64,000 nucleotides of DNA from Macrostomum hystrix (lineage: Eukaryota > Animalia > Platyhelminthes). A program made the position numbers and the translations under genes. Positions 11,351 through 25,186 of the stretch are shown piece by piece (positions within the stretch are counted from its first letter, which is position 1; each line of letters starts with the position of its first letter). The notes beneath the pieces are model-generated. The model did no database searches, had not been told where the DNA came from, and was given only the letters and a program-made list of their open reading frames with translations. The DNA is taken from NCBI GenBank assembly GCA_950097015.1, contig CATNEN010000001.1, forward strand, positions 22,568,001 through 22,632,000, read 5' to 3'.

Positions 11351-12483
11351 TTGGACTTCAGCATTGCTAGAGAAGTATAGGGGTCTAAGTATAGCAAAAA
11401 AAGAACGACTAAGAAAAGCTGCTAAAAATCGACCTCGCCCAATTAAAAGAATCATTCAGGACTTGGACAAACATAAAGAAACTTACATTGTTATTAGAAT
11501 TACTGAACATGACAGCCATTTATCACTGTTCTAAAGATGTCACTGGCACTTTGAGTGGACAGGTCAAAGAAGCATGTAGTTCTATTGTTGATTTTATAAG
11601 AGCAGATAAGCAAGCGCAACACAGGCTTCAAAATTTGCAGCAGCTTCCTCAAACAGAAGGAAAGTTTGAAGAAATTATTAAAAAGGGTGTTGTCTACATG
11701 CGCAAAGAGCTTAGTAAAATAGCTAAGGACGCTTATGAAAGGGCAGGCAACTCTGGTGCAATTCAATGGGCACTTATAGCTTCTGATTTAGCTACAGGTC
11801 AGAAGAAAGGGCCAGGACGTTTTATTCCCAACTTCTCTTCACCCCATAATCTTAACCAACAGCAATGTGTTGCACAATTTCAGGCAATTTCTGATCATGG
11901 TGAAGTGAAATTTTGGTCTCATTCAGAATGGAATGAGAGAAATGTAGCACCTACAATAAGCACAGAAGGTACTCTGGCAAACCAAAATGAAGCATTGCTT
12001 GTTGGCATGCAAGGTACTAGTGCAAATGGTAATGATTCTGCAATAGTGGCTACACAGCAAAATGACTATGCTGCTGAGGCTGAGATAAGCCTAAATGAAG
12101 AATGTAGTTAAAGTGCAGAAGCATCACAAAGTAATGTCAATGATATTACCAGTCTCAACAATACTACTTCAAAAATCAATAGTATTGACAATTTATTCCA
12201 AAATCCAGACACTTATTTAGAAGACATTCATTTGCAGCAACTTAGAAGTTCTCAAAATCAAGTAATACATAGTCACCTACGTCTTGCTCAGTTTTCGCAG
12301 AATTATTACCCAGGTATGTTATTGCCACATGAAATACAGATATCTGAGTCTCAAGTACCTCCTCAGGTACCTTTACAATTTTCATTACCAAGCCTGTCAC
12401 ATATGACACAGCAAAGTGCTGTTGAAGAACATGTTATATCACAACAGCCAAACAGTAGGACAGTCCATTTATTTCCTAGATAG
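11351..12483 (+). pseudogene. Interrupted AT-rich coding-like region of unknown product
   Basis: TTTCAG acceptor-like site at ~11350, then a 207-aa ORF (11488-12111) and an in-frame Gln-rich continuation (12232-12483) past a TAA. No recognisable domain. Confidence 0.35.
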
Positions 12484-13810
12484 ACTAGACTGCAAATTGT
12501 TAAATAAAACAGTTCAGTATATTGCACTTTATAGATGTGCTATTAAAATCAATGAGGATATACATTGCACTGTTTAGAAGTGCTGTAAGCCTCAGTAGAA
12601 AGCTTTTTAATGTAGATTGATATAGCTATTATGTGCTGTATTCATTTTAACCACTTGCATTTAACATAGTGCTGTGAAGCTAAAGTCTTAAAAATTGACC
12701 AAAGCTCTGAATACCTTGCACTCAAAATCTATGGGCACTTCTGGAAACCTTCTCGCTTGGCAAAAATGGATAAAAATATAGGTAGGGTCAGCTGTCAACT
12801 CACTATTTAAATCAGAGATCCATATTTGCCATCTGGTGTGCCTGATAATCTTTTGTATACAGCTATTTTGCTACTATACAAGGTGAGATCCTTGTGTTTT
12901 AGCATTATAAAATGTTTACAATAGAGAGCCAATTCCAGTTAAAAATTTAACAATATCTATTATATTTTACATGTAAATCAAAAGCACACACTCCATTACA
13001 AATATGTGTTCATATGTGTTCAATGTGGCTATGACAACAAGAGCAGCACTGATTATAGCTAGTTATGTCTAAATATAAATATTTATTCCATCCTTAAACT
13101 GAAAGAACTCCTCTAGCCAAATAGGGTTGTAATTGTAACATTTATACCAATAAAAACATATATTAGCTAAATTTAAGCTAAGAAATTAGTTTCTTCATAT
13201 AGGACTAGCTACTTCTGTTCTGTCCTCTTCAAAAGAGACTTTAATTTTTTAAAGATTCACATAGGGCATAGCTATAGCTATGCTATAGCAAATGTTTACA
13301 AGAAACTCACATAGATAATTCACACAAATGATATATATATGTGATCCTACATTAGTACTACTGTTTGTTGTATCTGACTTTCTATCTAATTTTTTATATA
13401 AAAATTCGATTTTATTAATGCAGAAACCAACTTATTTGTCCTTCTATGCATGATATTAGATCATTGGTATATTAAAGTGCTAAACTTTACCCAACTTTTA
13501 GAGTAAAATTTAAACTTACTAAAGTCAAAGAAAATATTTAAGAATTTGATGAAGAAAATCAAGTATGATTATCTTAAACAATAAAGCTATTAAGTGGCAA
13601 AGTTTTGGTATTTTCTTAGAAAAGAAAAACTCTTTAATGTGTCCAAAGAGGCCAGGTAATATTTGAACTGACAAACTCACCTATAACTTACATATACTGC
13701 TATAGCTACCTCACCGTTGTTTACTGGTACAACACTTCCTTGAATCATGTTTGTTAATTTCCAAGAAACATAATTTGCGTGATTAACGAGTTTGGCAATA
13801 CATAATTTCA

Positions 13811-15025
13811 GGGTTCAAAGAAAAAATCGGCCGGGCGGAAAAAGGGTCGGGCCGACGCCCGTCCCTTGCGGGCCCCGCCCCGCCCCCCGCCACCGCCAAC
13901 GCCGCCATCGCCACCGCCATCGCCGCCACCGTCCAGGCCGGCCACCAGGGCTTCATATGCCCGGGTGGCCGGCGCTCCCCCCCCGATCCCGACCCAGCCT
14001 GCCCCTGCCCCAGTCCGCCCTCTTCTCCCCGCCCAACCCAACCTTCCAGCCCGCCCCATCCCTCCTCAACCCAACCCAGGCCCACAACCCACCCTTACCA
14101 CCCCTGCCCCAGTCGGCCAACCCCCCGTCCAGCCCGTCCCATCCCTCCCCAACCCAACCCAGGCCCAGCCCACCCTCCCCGGCCCCAGCAGCAAAGTCGC
14201 CGCGGCCGCCCTCATCGGGGAGGCCGCAAGTGGCGGAGCTGGAAGATGAATGTGAGTTTCTGTGCCTTTATATAGTGTTGTTGACAGTGACCCTCCTAAC
14301 TCTTTAAATTAATTCTTCAGTGCAGTCAATAGCAGGAATATGCATTTATTCGTTGATTCGGGGTTTTGGGATTTACAGCTTTGATCCCAGATCCCAAGTC
14401 CTTCTCTGATCCCAAATCCTTCTCCAAAATCCCACTTCTTCAGTTATTGACTTTATCATGCAATCATCCCCGTTCATTAGTTATCCCATTTCATGAGTTA
14501 TCCCCGTTTATCAGTTATACAGGATTGTACTAACAACCGTCCTTCGTCCTTGCTCTATATTTTTTGTTTTTTTTTAATTTGCAGAGACAGCGTGCGAGCC
14601 TACCTGCTCCTAATGGAGCAGGTAAAGCTGCGGAGCCTATCGGCCTATTGCCGAGGGTGAGTGACACGCATTGAAGTTTAGTCTATGGTACAAACCCGCC
14701 CTATCTTCACTTCGTTCTGCCAGTGATGCTTGTCCATTCTTTAAAAGCTACACGTATTGCCCTGCTTATTCACCCTTGAGATGATCTGATTATTTGAAAT
14801 GCTAAAATAACAAAATAGACTTACAACCGGTTCTTCCTTCCCAAATACGAACTCGTGTCAGATATCACAGTGAGTAAATTTTTTGTCTGATTCACAGCTA
14901 ATGATGGAATTCTCTAAATCAATTCAATTGCCAGAAGGCCTTGTATTTTGCAGAAATTTTGGATTCATGCCGCCGCCGTGGCATTGGGGCCCGGGCGGGC
15001 CCGGTGGTGGGGGCATCGCTTTCTG
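13811..15025 (+). CDS. Possible spliced gene with a Pro-rich first exon; product unknown
   Basis: Three GC-rich islands (13811-14251, ~14585-14657, ~14954-15025) in AT-rich DNA, each preceded by a pyrimidine-CAG and followed by GTGAGT. Reading frame across the exons was not resolved. Confidence 0.35.
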
Positions 15026-16529
15026 GTGAGTTCTGGGGAAGCAAAAATTTGGAAAAGTCAGTCCAGCCAACAAATAAATACGCTATTTTCTGTCTATGTG
15101 TGCCTGATCCTGTCTATTTGCCCTGCCCCTGTGTAAATGGGGCAATTTTATTGGCCACAAGTCTTAAAAAAAGGAAGAAATCAGCTCCGCTTCCAGTCCA
15201 AATTTTAATTTTAGAATGTGACTATAGTAATTAAGCCGCCCCGAGTTATTCAGTTATTAAAAAATTCGTCACTAACTAAATTCGTCACTTCATCAGATAT
15301 CCCCTTAACCAGCTATTCCCTTTCACCAGTTATCCCCCATCTACAGTTATCCCATATCGGCAGAAATCCCATTTCATCAGATAGCCCACTTCAGGAGTAA
15401 TCCCACTTAACCTGTTATCTTACTTCAGCAGTTATCTAACTTCATCAGTTAGATGAAGTTCAACTTTCAACTTCTAATTCAACTTCTGCAGTTTTCCCAT
15501 TGCAGCAGTTATCCCACATCAGGGGTAGCAGGGGCCATCAGATTAGCGAGTTTAAAAAAATATGTTTATCCAGACGCAAATGTATTTTATCTTCAAGGGC
15601 AATAAATTTCGAAGGTCCCAGCGAAAAAAGTAAATTTCTATGTGCATCCGTTTAAAAAAGACATCGTTTAGAAAAGTGGCCTTTAATAAATTTTACATAG
15701 TCTTCAAGTGTCGCGTCCTTCTACTCTAGTAGTCCTTGCAAATAACTACTAATTTTAACTACAAACTAAACTTTTCCGTTTAGCTTCCAGTGCAGATGCT
15801 GCTATATAGGGGTCCTTTGACTAAACCCTTCTCACACCGAGCCAAACTAACGACCGTTTAATTTATCGATCCTTCCAAACCAAAAATATTTGTCAGTCAT
15901 TTAAAACCCACCCCATTCCCAAAACCCCACATTCGCGTGCGATTCGCTGTGATTCATTTAATGACACCCACCCCATTTCCCAAACCCCATAATCGCGTGT
16001 CCTCTCTGTCTTGAGGCTCCTGGCTTGCCTATTATGGTGTCCTGCATATCACACCATCTATTTAACACAAGACCAGAACAAAGACGCTCGTTCAGTCTCG
16101 ACTCTCAAACTATTTTGTCATTAGACAGTGGACTTGTTGATTCTACTAAGAAAGAAAATTGTTTATCGAATCTAAAAAACTTCAGTACATCTTTATTTTT
16201 ATAACGTTGAGCTTTGCAAAGACTATCTGAGATTGAGAAAAACAGAGAAGAACTCTGAGAAGAACATATTCTCATCGCATTCTCCCTAACTCTCCTCTTT
16301 ATTAAAGACCACGGAACAACTAAACATCATTATTTCGTTTCTTTTTTTAAAAAATGGCAAATTTTGTTGACTATAATATTAACTATATTCGTATTGTGGA
16401 TTGTTTATATTGTTCATTGTTTAATTCGGGCAGACAGGAGGGAGTGAGGGGCAAAGGGGAGAGAATTGAGATCATGGGATTAGAATCGAGATCATGGGAT
16501 TGGAAAGGGGATTGTGGGATTGTAAAGTG

Positions 16530-16695
16530 GTCAGTGCCCTCCTTGCTAGAGAGGGGTCAGTGCCCTCCCTGCTAGAGAGGGGTCAGTGCCCTCCCTGCTA
16601 GAGGGGCCAGTTCCCTCCCTGCTAGAGTGATCAGTGCCCTCCCTGCTAGAGAGGGGTCAATGCCCCCCTGTTATAGAGGGGACCAGTGCCCTCAG
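16530..16695. repeat. 26-bp minisatellite TCAGTGCCCTCCCTGCTAGAGAGGGG
   Basis: Units at 16531, 16557, 16583, decaying afterwards. Confidence 0.85.
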
Positions 16696-18099
16696 GCAAG
16701 CAGGCAGGTAGGCAGGCAGACAGGTAGACAGACAGGACAGGAGCAGATATCTACAGCATACTTTACTTGTATGGCTTACTAAATCTAGCCCAAAACTACC
16801 AAACCCAACCCCACCCAATGCAGCCTCCTCTCCACTCCACCCTCTAAGCTTCTACTCTTCTACTTACACTTCCACTTCTTCCATGTGTTCATGAGCCATG
16901 ACCCATGTGCTCAAATCTCTATCTGGCCTACAAGATAAAAATGGTTACCAACCCTGTCCTAATAGGTCAGTGTCCATAGATCTTATATTCCCTAGATAAC
17001 CTACTCCCCATTCAAGCAATGTGAAAAATGTGATCCCACCAAAAAAACAAGAAACATTTAATAAACCTGACCATGTCCATGCTCACTCAGAGCTCAAGTT
17101 CAGTAGCTATGGGACATAGGCAGTTATTTTTGTCTGGATGGCATTAAAAAGATGTAGCAGAAATTTATTTAGTTGCCAATGTTTCCTACCTGTGTGAGCT
17201 ATGCTCAATAGCAAATAGATGGTGCCAAACTCATGTAGCTGCTGCATGAGGAGCTGCGCCACCCAAGTGCCACAGGGCCACAGGGATCATTTTCCCTTCC
17301 TCCAATTCCTATTCACTCATATTCCTATCGTTCTAGCCTACACAGAATTGTAGTCTATACTTTGACAGCACTTCATATGGCACCACAGAACATTAAATCA
17401 ACATTAGCACTTGGCATTTTTTTAAGTCTCCTTTTGTTTCTTTGCATGGGGCTTAGGTATCTTTACTAGGCATACGAGCGTACTCTTGCTATAAAATGCA
17501 ACATGTAAAATTAATATTTACATAAAATACTGAGCTTAAACCAAATTAGAAATACATTGGGTCTAGGGGCACACAAAAGTCCCTAGAGTGCTACATCTAG
17601 GGAATAAAGATCCATGAATTTGTCAATGATTAGAATAGTCTTAACATGTTACATGACACTCATAAAACAAAGTCATACACAGTCATAGACAGTTAGAGAT
17701 GACAGATGTTAGACTTTGGTTCCAATTTTCTTATTTCTTCCCCTCATTTTATTAGATCTTTCATTTAAAAGCACAATTCTTTTAAATCTGTGACCTATGA
17801 AGTGGGTGCAAATTGGCTAATATACCATACTGACCATACCATTTTTGGAATTGGATATACAATAGTCAATTAGTTTACTTTGGATTACATATTCCACTAA
17901 TTATCAATTCAATCATAGAATTAAGCCCTGCGGATTTTTATAGGGCAACACTAGTCCTTGATCCTAGGCTCCCAGCTCATAGATCCCATATCCCAGTAGT
18001 TGCTTGGAAATCTTAATAAGAATTTATATTCCTGGGTCCCAATTTCATTGAGAATAATGCATTGTTTCTATAATAATTTTTTAATAATAATTGATTACA

Positions 18100-18385
18100 C
18101 CTGCCCCAATTGGGCCAGATGTGCAGCCGACAGCACAGCCGCAGCTATTGCGCGGCGCATCTGAAGGCTGTGTACAGCTGTTCAGTCCATGGACTGGGGG
18201 GACGCAACTCCTACCTTCAATTATCCCAGCTGATGCTGGTACCCATTAAACAACTGGGTGAACTGAAGCAATGCAGAGTTAAGTGTCTTGCTAAAGGACA
18301 CAAATTGTTCCAGTGGAGTCGGGAATCCAACCCCCGACCTTCAAGTCGTGAGTCCGATGCCCTAACCACTAGGTTACAACCTCTC
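18100..18385 (-). mobile_element. tRNA-derived SINE, near full length
   Basis: Minus strand has a tRNA-like head (TAACCTAGTGGTTAGGGC...GGTTGGATTCCCG) and core GTGTCCTTTAGCAAGACACTTAAC...CACCCAG...AATGGGTACC. Homologous copies at 31030-31200, 31605-31925 and 41600-41800. Confidence 0.8.
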
Positions 18386-19401
18386 ATTGTTTCTATACAT
18401 TTGTGATGAGTGGCCAGCCAATAAGCTATGCGTAATATACAGTTTTTTCTATTCTATTCTAATATTAAGACTTATTAAGATAAGCATAAACTCTGTAGCC
18501 TATGTAAAAAAGGCTTGGATAGCTCACTATTTATAATACACTGAAACTTTATACTCTTAGAGGTCTACATTTTAATACGTGAATGGAATGTGGGTGCATT
18601 TATTTAGTGATGATCATAGCAGGTCACATATTAGCTATGAGCCAAGCTGACAAGTAAGGACAGTGGCACTTGGCTGAGAGCAGTATATTCATATTGTTTG
18701 AGTTAAACACTTCGACTGTGCAAGCCAAACATAAAACAAACAACAGACTCATACTGCCTCCCCAAGCCTGTGATTAGCAGTAACACTTGTCCAGCTCTGC
18801 ACATTACTTCATATTGCATTCTGCTAAATTTCAATATTCTCCGCTTTCACATTATGCCTCGCTTTTATACTGTGAAACAAGCAATTTATAACATGACGTA
18901 CCCTTATCTTCATAGAAATTGACCGCGAAACGTTAATTTAAATGGTCCCTCATAACATACGGTGTAGAAACCATCTTTCCTAGAAAGCAAGTCGTTTCAT
19001 AACTTAACTGTTGCGGCTCAGTCGTATAAAAACTCTTTTTAATTCTATGACTTTCGGATGCTCATTTAAATGGGCCAACTTTTCCACAGAGCATGCTTTA
19101 CAACACATTATTGTTATTGCTCACTTATAAAAAAATTCTCGCTTGTGGAAACTGTCAACTTTCATTGCCTCCCAATCATTTTAATTTTCGAAATTATTCC
19201 TTTAATCCTACTTCTAAGTTGGAATTCTATTTTCCTAATTGAAATTTACTCTTAATTTTAAATTGCATTTAATGCATTTAATGCAAAATTGCAGAATATT
19301 AGCTATGGTGGATGCTCCGCCGCCGCCGCCGCCGCCGCCGCCAGTCGCGCAGCGACGAAGACGCCTGAGACGCCTGAGGTCGGGCAATCTTAGATTGCCT
19401 A

Positions 19402-19972
19402 CTCTTTTAAAACAGCGACTCTTTAAAACTCCGTCTTGACCATAGACATATCATTGGGATTTACCATAGACGTGACAGATATTAAGATGCTATCGATTTT
19501 AGCGATAAAAAGTCTATTACTTTTTGTAATAGTATTACAAAAAGCGGAATTTTGTAACGAGTACTTTTTGTACTTTTTGTACGAGTATGAAAGCGGAATT
19601 GTTGTTGGCGATTCACAATTCTCTGCCTTAGTCCCAGCTTATATGCAATATCCTTTTTAAATCAAATTGGCATTTGGATAAGAATTGGAATTTTAAAACT
19701 CTTTTAAAACAGCGACTTTTTTAAAATCCGTCTTGACCATAGACATATCATTGGGATTTACCATAGACGTGACAGATATTAAGATGCTATCGATTTTAGC
19801 GATAAAAAGTCCATTACTTTTTGTAATAGTATTACAAAAAGCGGAATTTCGTAACGAGTACTTTTTGTAATTTTTGTACTTTTTGTACGAGTATGAAAGC
19901 GGAATTGTTGTTGGCGATTCACAATTCTCTGCCTTAGTCCCAGCTTATATGCAATATCGTTTTTAAATCAAA
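19402..19972. repeat. Tandem duplication with ~297-bp period
   Basis: CTCTTTTAAAACAGCGACT...TTTAAATCAAAT at ~19402-19667 and ~19699-19973. Confidence 0.9.
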
Positions 19973-20480
19973 TAACGTCATATTATTATAATAAATGACT
20001 TAAAGAGTCAGTTCAATGCAGCTATCTCATTGTGAATGGACTTTGTAAAAGCAACTGGAGCTACATCCTTCGACCTTTGACGCTTTTAATAAAGCTAACA
20101 CTGGCTATATATAGCTATGATATATGATATATTATATTATCATACTAAATTCCCCCCTCACTTTTCTAGTCACACTCCTCAGCAGACTTCTCTTTTCTTA
20201 TATGCCTCATTCACATTGTCAAAAATTATTTTGAATCACATCCCAATTTTTATAAAGGTCTATTTCAAATTAGATCTTATTTAGATGGGATCTCTTTTTT
20301 AGTAATCCATTATGTATCATTCTTCATTACAAATGCATTCCTGACAATTTGTCTTTTAAAATAGAATAAGGCAGGTTCCAGGAGTGTAGATTATGAATCA
20401 TAGGACTGGTCTTTGTCCACTGAAACATTCATTTGTATTTCTTCAATTACAAAACACATTGAAAACAACAAAACAACAAC

Positions 20481-21370
20481 AATTGAATGACTATTAGGCA
20501 AAAATATCGTACAAATTTTTATTCAAATATATTTTCATCATGATGTTATAAGATAACGAAATGAAAGTGTAGAGAATTCAATTCAATGAGAATAGAAAAA
20601 AATTGCTTTGCGCCAAAAAAATTATTTACAATAACATTACAGACGACGAATTTGCAGAAGTCTCCGCCAACAAGACAGTATCATTGCACAGATCCTTGCA
20701 TTTGACTGCAAGAATAATGGTGTCAATCCTACTGCTTGTTGGCTTGCCTTACTCTGCACAGATGGTCAGAGGCATTCACTGGGGCAAGTTAAGTTCACGC
20801 ACTCAACATCACACAAAAAGCTTAGCTATCACAAGTCTCTAGGTTTGCTGGAGCTGCTTCAAACCTCTCAATGTCTGCATACCCTCAGTTTTAGAGTGGA
20901 AGAACCTCTGAATCGTGAAAAAGCAGCGAACACGTTATTTCAACCACTCTCTCAAGGCCCATTGATATGCAGCCAACCTGCTTTATTTACCTAAATTAAT
21001 CTCATTTGATAAGTTTAGCTAATAGTACAAATTTGTGCACACAAATTTGCACAGATAGTTTCCGATAATAAGTAGTTGAAGAGTTTCACTCATGGGAGAA
21101 ACTTTTCATTACCTTACAGACACCCCTCTTACTAATATTAATTCTGGTATGGAATTACCCCAATTTAGTTATTCAATGATCCCAATTTAGTTAGGCCTAT
21201 GCTATAATTCCTCTTCTTGTTTGCTATGATTCTAATTTAATAATTCAACGATTCAAATTTAGTTATTCAATGATCCCAATTTAGTTATTCAATGCTCCCA
21301 ATTTAGTTATTCAATGATCCATATCTAGTTATACGACGATTCCTATTCTGGTCTGCTGTGATCCCCATTT
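20481..21370. repeat. Block X copy 2, degenerate block Y and a 21-22-bp minisatellite
   Basis: Alignable to 5981-6505 and 7335-7555; followed by ATTTAGTTATTCAATGATCCCA units. Confidence 0.85.
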
Positions 21371-21444
21371 GAAATTATTAGGCACATACGGCAGGATTTG
21401 CCCGATATGTCTTAGTAGGCCATTTACATATCAGGATAAACTAC

Positions 21445-22586
21445 TGTAGTGTCAGCTTGTTTGCCCGTGTTATTATTCAGTACTTATTTTTAGACACGTG
21501 TTTTTGCTAAGAGTTCAACCACGCCAAGCCGGGCCGGACCAGCTGGGGGAACGGACGCCCACCACCCCGCGAGCGCTACCCTTGGGCTACGGTCCCAGCC
21601 AATCAGCGAGCGACCCGGCCTCACTACCTGTCTACCCTCGGCAAGAAGCGACCCCGGGGCTCAGAACGGCGGTCGCAAGTCTACTGCGATTTGTCGCCTT
21701 GGCTCAAGCTACAGCCAGGCATCCACCTCGCCGATCGACCTAATTTGGGGTTAAAATGACTCTATATAACGAAGCGTGTTTTTGTAGTCCAAATTATCTC
21801 TTTTCTCCGCAATTCGCCTCACACTGTGAGAAGCACGTGCAAATTATCGTTCTCCGCAATTCGCCTCACACTGTGAGAAGCACGTGCAACTAGTCCACTT
21901 GTTTTGTCCCTCCCCGCCCGACCACACTCCGCTTGTTCAGTTAGGTAGCTTTCGGCGCTACGCGTCTTGAGAGTGCGCCGCTGACAAGGGTGGTCTAGAT
22001 AGGCGCTTGTTGTCGAAGTCAGTACGTGCTCTCTTCGGAGACTCAGCCGTCAGGCAGAAGGAGTGCCAACCGATAGGATCTGTCGGGGCAGCGCTGAAAG
22101 CAGAGACAACCGGAGCCTCTCGGGAAGAGTAGGGCGCGGATGTAGGCCAGTTAAGTAAAATTGTTATATCCAAATTGTTAGATCATACTTGCTTTTCACT
22201 GTGAGCACGCTATAATTTATTTCCGTGTGAACATCTATTCTGTCAGTATAACTTTTAAGTCAAGTAAACTATATTCAGAGTAATTCCTATTCGTATCTGG
22301 AATCTTAGTCACAGTCGATTAACTCACTCCTAATCAAATTATTCGAGTCTTCGCGTTCATACTGTGTTATTCTTTTTCATTGTGAGTTTCGCCGGGCCGG
22401 AGGACGACACACGGGTCTCCTCGCTTATCGATTCCGCTTCGCTCGCTACTGCAGTCTCCAACGCTATTTAATTCCAGATTCCCTGCTGCTATTGGAACGA
22501 TTGGTAGGACACCGACCCCGGTGAATAGTGAATAGTCGCTAGCTTCAAATTCCTCACGCTCCAGCTAGGACATTCATTTTATTACA
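21445..22586 (+). mobile_element. Solo LTR (1142 bp) related to the LTR of the Gypsy element at 32130-41524
   Basis: TGTAGTGTC...ATTACA termini with a 4-bp TSD CTAC (21441-44, 22587-90). Starts with the same TGTAGTGTC as the 1157-bp LTR and shares internal motifs (GTAGGACACC, GCTGAC..GTG..TAGATAGG). Confidence 0.8.
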
Positions 22587-23290
22587 CTACTTGTGATCAC
22601 TATTAAACACATATACTAATGCGACACTCACGGACAAAAATGCACACAAGAAATACTCACATTTATTGCAACTTTATTAGTCTTTCAAGTCTTACTCGTC
22701 CATGAAATCATCTGTTGGTCCAGGCTTCTCGGACTCATTGGGAGCCTTAGGGGTTGACATAGCCGGGATCTGCTGATTTCTGTAGACTTGATCTCGAGAA
22801 AATGTGACCTGTAAAATGAAATTAACATAAACTTATATTTTTATTTTTATATCATTCTAAAATAAACCTCATTTTTAAGGATAAGAGGCCTCATTGAACC
22901 AGTTAATAGCAAAGAAGGTAATTTTAATGATGAATCTAAGAAGTCAATAACTTGATGCTACTTTAGTAGACTCTGACACCATGTTACTATTTAACGCATA
23001 CATAATAAAACCAAATTACCTCTGTCTCCAAAGCGCACTCTAATTCTTCGCACCTCATCGAATTGTTTGAACATTCGCTCTGGGTACTGCAATACCATTT
23101 CGTCGTCATGGATAGCATTTTTCTCCCGCTGGGAGCTTTGCGACACGCGTATCTCCTCGAAGCACTGTTGGCTAGAAACCGCATCCTTGTACCACTGGGT
23201 AATGACGGAGACATCGGCAGAGTCTTCTGGCCAATGCTGAATTTCCGCTTTTGAACATCCGAGACTGATTGTCTGGGAATATTCCTGGAC

Positions 23291-24117
23291 TTAAGCACCA
23301 TGAATCGCTAGAACGTCGCCCACAGACCAGTCATTTACTTGGGCAGAAGAGCTGGACCAAAATGTGCACGACACGGAGGACCCGGACTGATCAACAAGCG
23401 TCACTTTTGCCAGGTTGACAAGTTTTCCGAAACCGGTTTTAACTTCCGTTGGTTTCTGGACAGCAGAAATCGTGCCATAGACGTTAACATTCCTGAGATA
23501 TGTCATGCAAAGGGTGAATTAAAAAGAATGCATTAACTTATTCACTAAGCACTTCTGGTTCTTCACTGACTGATTTAAATAAGTTTCCCTAGAAATAGTT
23601 CGCTAACCTAACAATCAAAATATATGATATATGAATATATATTCCACATCCTTTCCATTGTATTTTTACCAATTGAAACAAGCAAACTTACATTTTCATT
23701 TCACGGTCCGAAATCTCTTTTATCTTCTTATAGCTCGGTGCACGTCGAGTGACGGTCTCGAGGGTCCTCACAATGGCTCCACTTTGGTCAATTGAAACTG
23801 TTAGCTCGTGCTCATTGTCCGTAGTGCTGTACCTGGGATCCGCCTTCTTCACCCAGCCGCCGGATATGCGGACGGCGACGCCCTCACGGCACACGTCTAG
23901 GAAAGGCTTAATTTCCTTTCCAAACACGCTTACACGAATATCGCCGGTGTCGTCACAGAGGATAAAGGAGAACACTTGGCCCTGGTCCTCTTTTGCCTTC
24001 AAAGTCCGTGATTTTGGACAGCCTCATTACCAGGCCAACGATCGCAGCGTGCATCAGGCCCGGAAGCAGAGCAGAGATACACACTTTGCTTTTCTTGGCT
24101 CCTTCGCATGACTCCAT
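23291..24117 (-). pseudogene. RPA70-like ssDNA-binding protein (two OB folds), spliced and frameshifted; likely Helitron-borne
   Basis: GQVFSFILCDDTGDIRVSVF...EGVAVRISGGWVKKADPRYSTTDNEHELT resembles RPA1 DBD-A. NVNVYGTI...VTLVDQSGSSVSCTFW...GDVLAIHGA resembles DBD-B. A 1-bp frameshift lies near 23980 and an intron near 23500-23695. Confidence 0.8.
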
Positions 24118-24779
24118 ATTGCTCGATTGTTGATTGTCAAAAATATAGATGATAATTTTCACAAATAAGTCCTTTATGGCTTGTAGTTTGATAGTTCTAG
24201 AATCAATGCCAATTGTGCAAGTTTTTATTGCAGCATTTTGGACAACCCCAACTCTGATGACTCATACCAATGTCATGATTCAGTGCTAATTGAGGGTGCC
24301 ATGTAAAGATCAATAATAAGATCTCGCTAACCAATCAGAGAGTTTTGTTCTGCAATTTCCTAATCCACCCACTGGGCTACTTGTTGTGGATTGGCTTGTG
24401 ATTGCCTTAGCTGTTACATTGTTATTTTATGTACAGTGTCGGGTGTCAGAGTCGATTATGCAGCAACAGCAGCAGCAGCAGCAGCACAAATAAAGAAAGA
24501 CTTCTATAAATATAAAGAATGAAGAATAAATAAAGAATTGTGTTTACTGGATAAATAAGTGTTTCGTGTTGCTTTTTCTTATTCCTAACTGAAAATGAGA
24601 AACTTAACTGACACAGCTCATTGCAATGATCAATTTAGAACCTAAAATGAAGTTTTAAAGCTTAATTGAAAGTTTTAAAATGTACAAACATCGACATGAC
24701 AGTATGCAAAGTAACATTATAAATAAAGGGAGATCAATGACAACTGATAAGTTTAATAATTGCTTTGAAAATACTTACT

Positions 24780-25160
24780 TACAAAGACAGTAGAGATGAT
24801 GAATTCGCAGATTGCTCCGCCAACAAGACAGTATCATTGCACAGTTCATTGCATTGACTGCAAGAACAATGGTGTCAATCCTACTGCTTGTTGGCTTGCT
24901 TTACTCTGCACTGCTGGTCAGAGGCATTCACTGGGGCAAGTTAAGTTCACGCACTCACCGTCACACAAACAGCTTAGCTATCACAAGTCTCTAGGTTTGC
25001 TGAAGCTGCTTCAAACCTCTCTCTCATGGCTGCATACCCTCAGTTTTAGAGTGTAAGAACCTCTGAATCGTGAAAAAGCAGCGAACACGTTATTTCAACC
25101 ACAATCTCAAGGCCCATTGATATGCAGCCAACCTGCTATATATTCACCTAATATTTACCT
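24780..25160. repeat. Block X copy 3 (diverged)
   Basis: Homologous to ~6150-6505. Confidence 0.85.
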
Positions 25161-25186
25161 ACATTAATGTCGCTATTAATTAGTAA

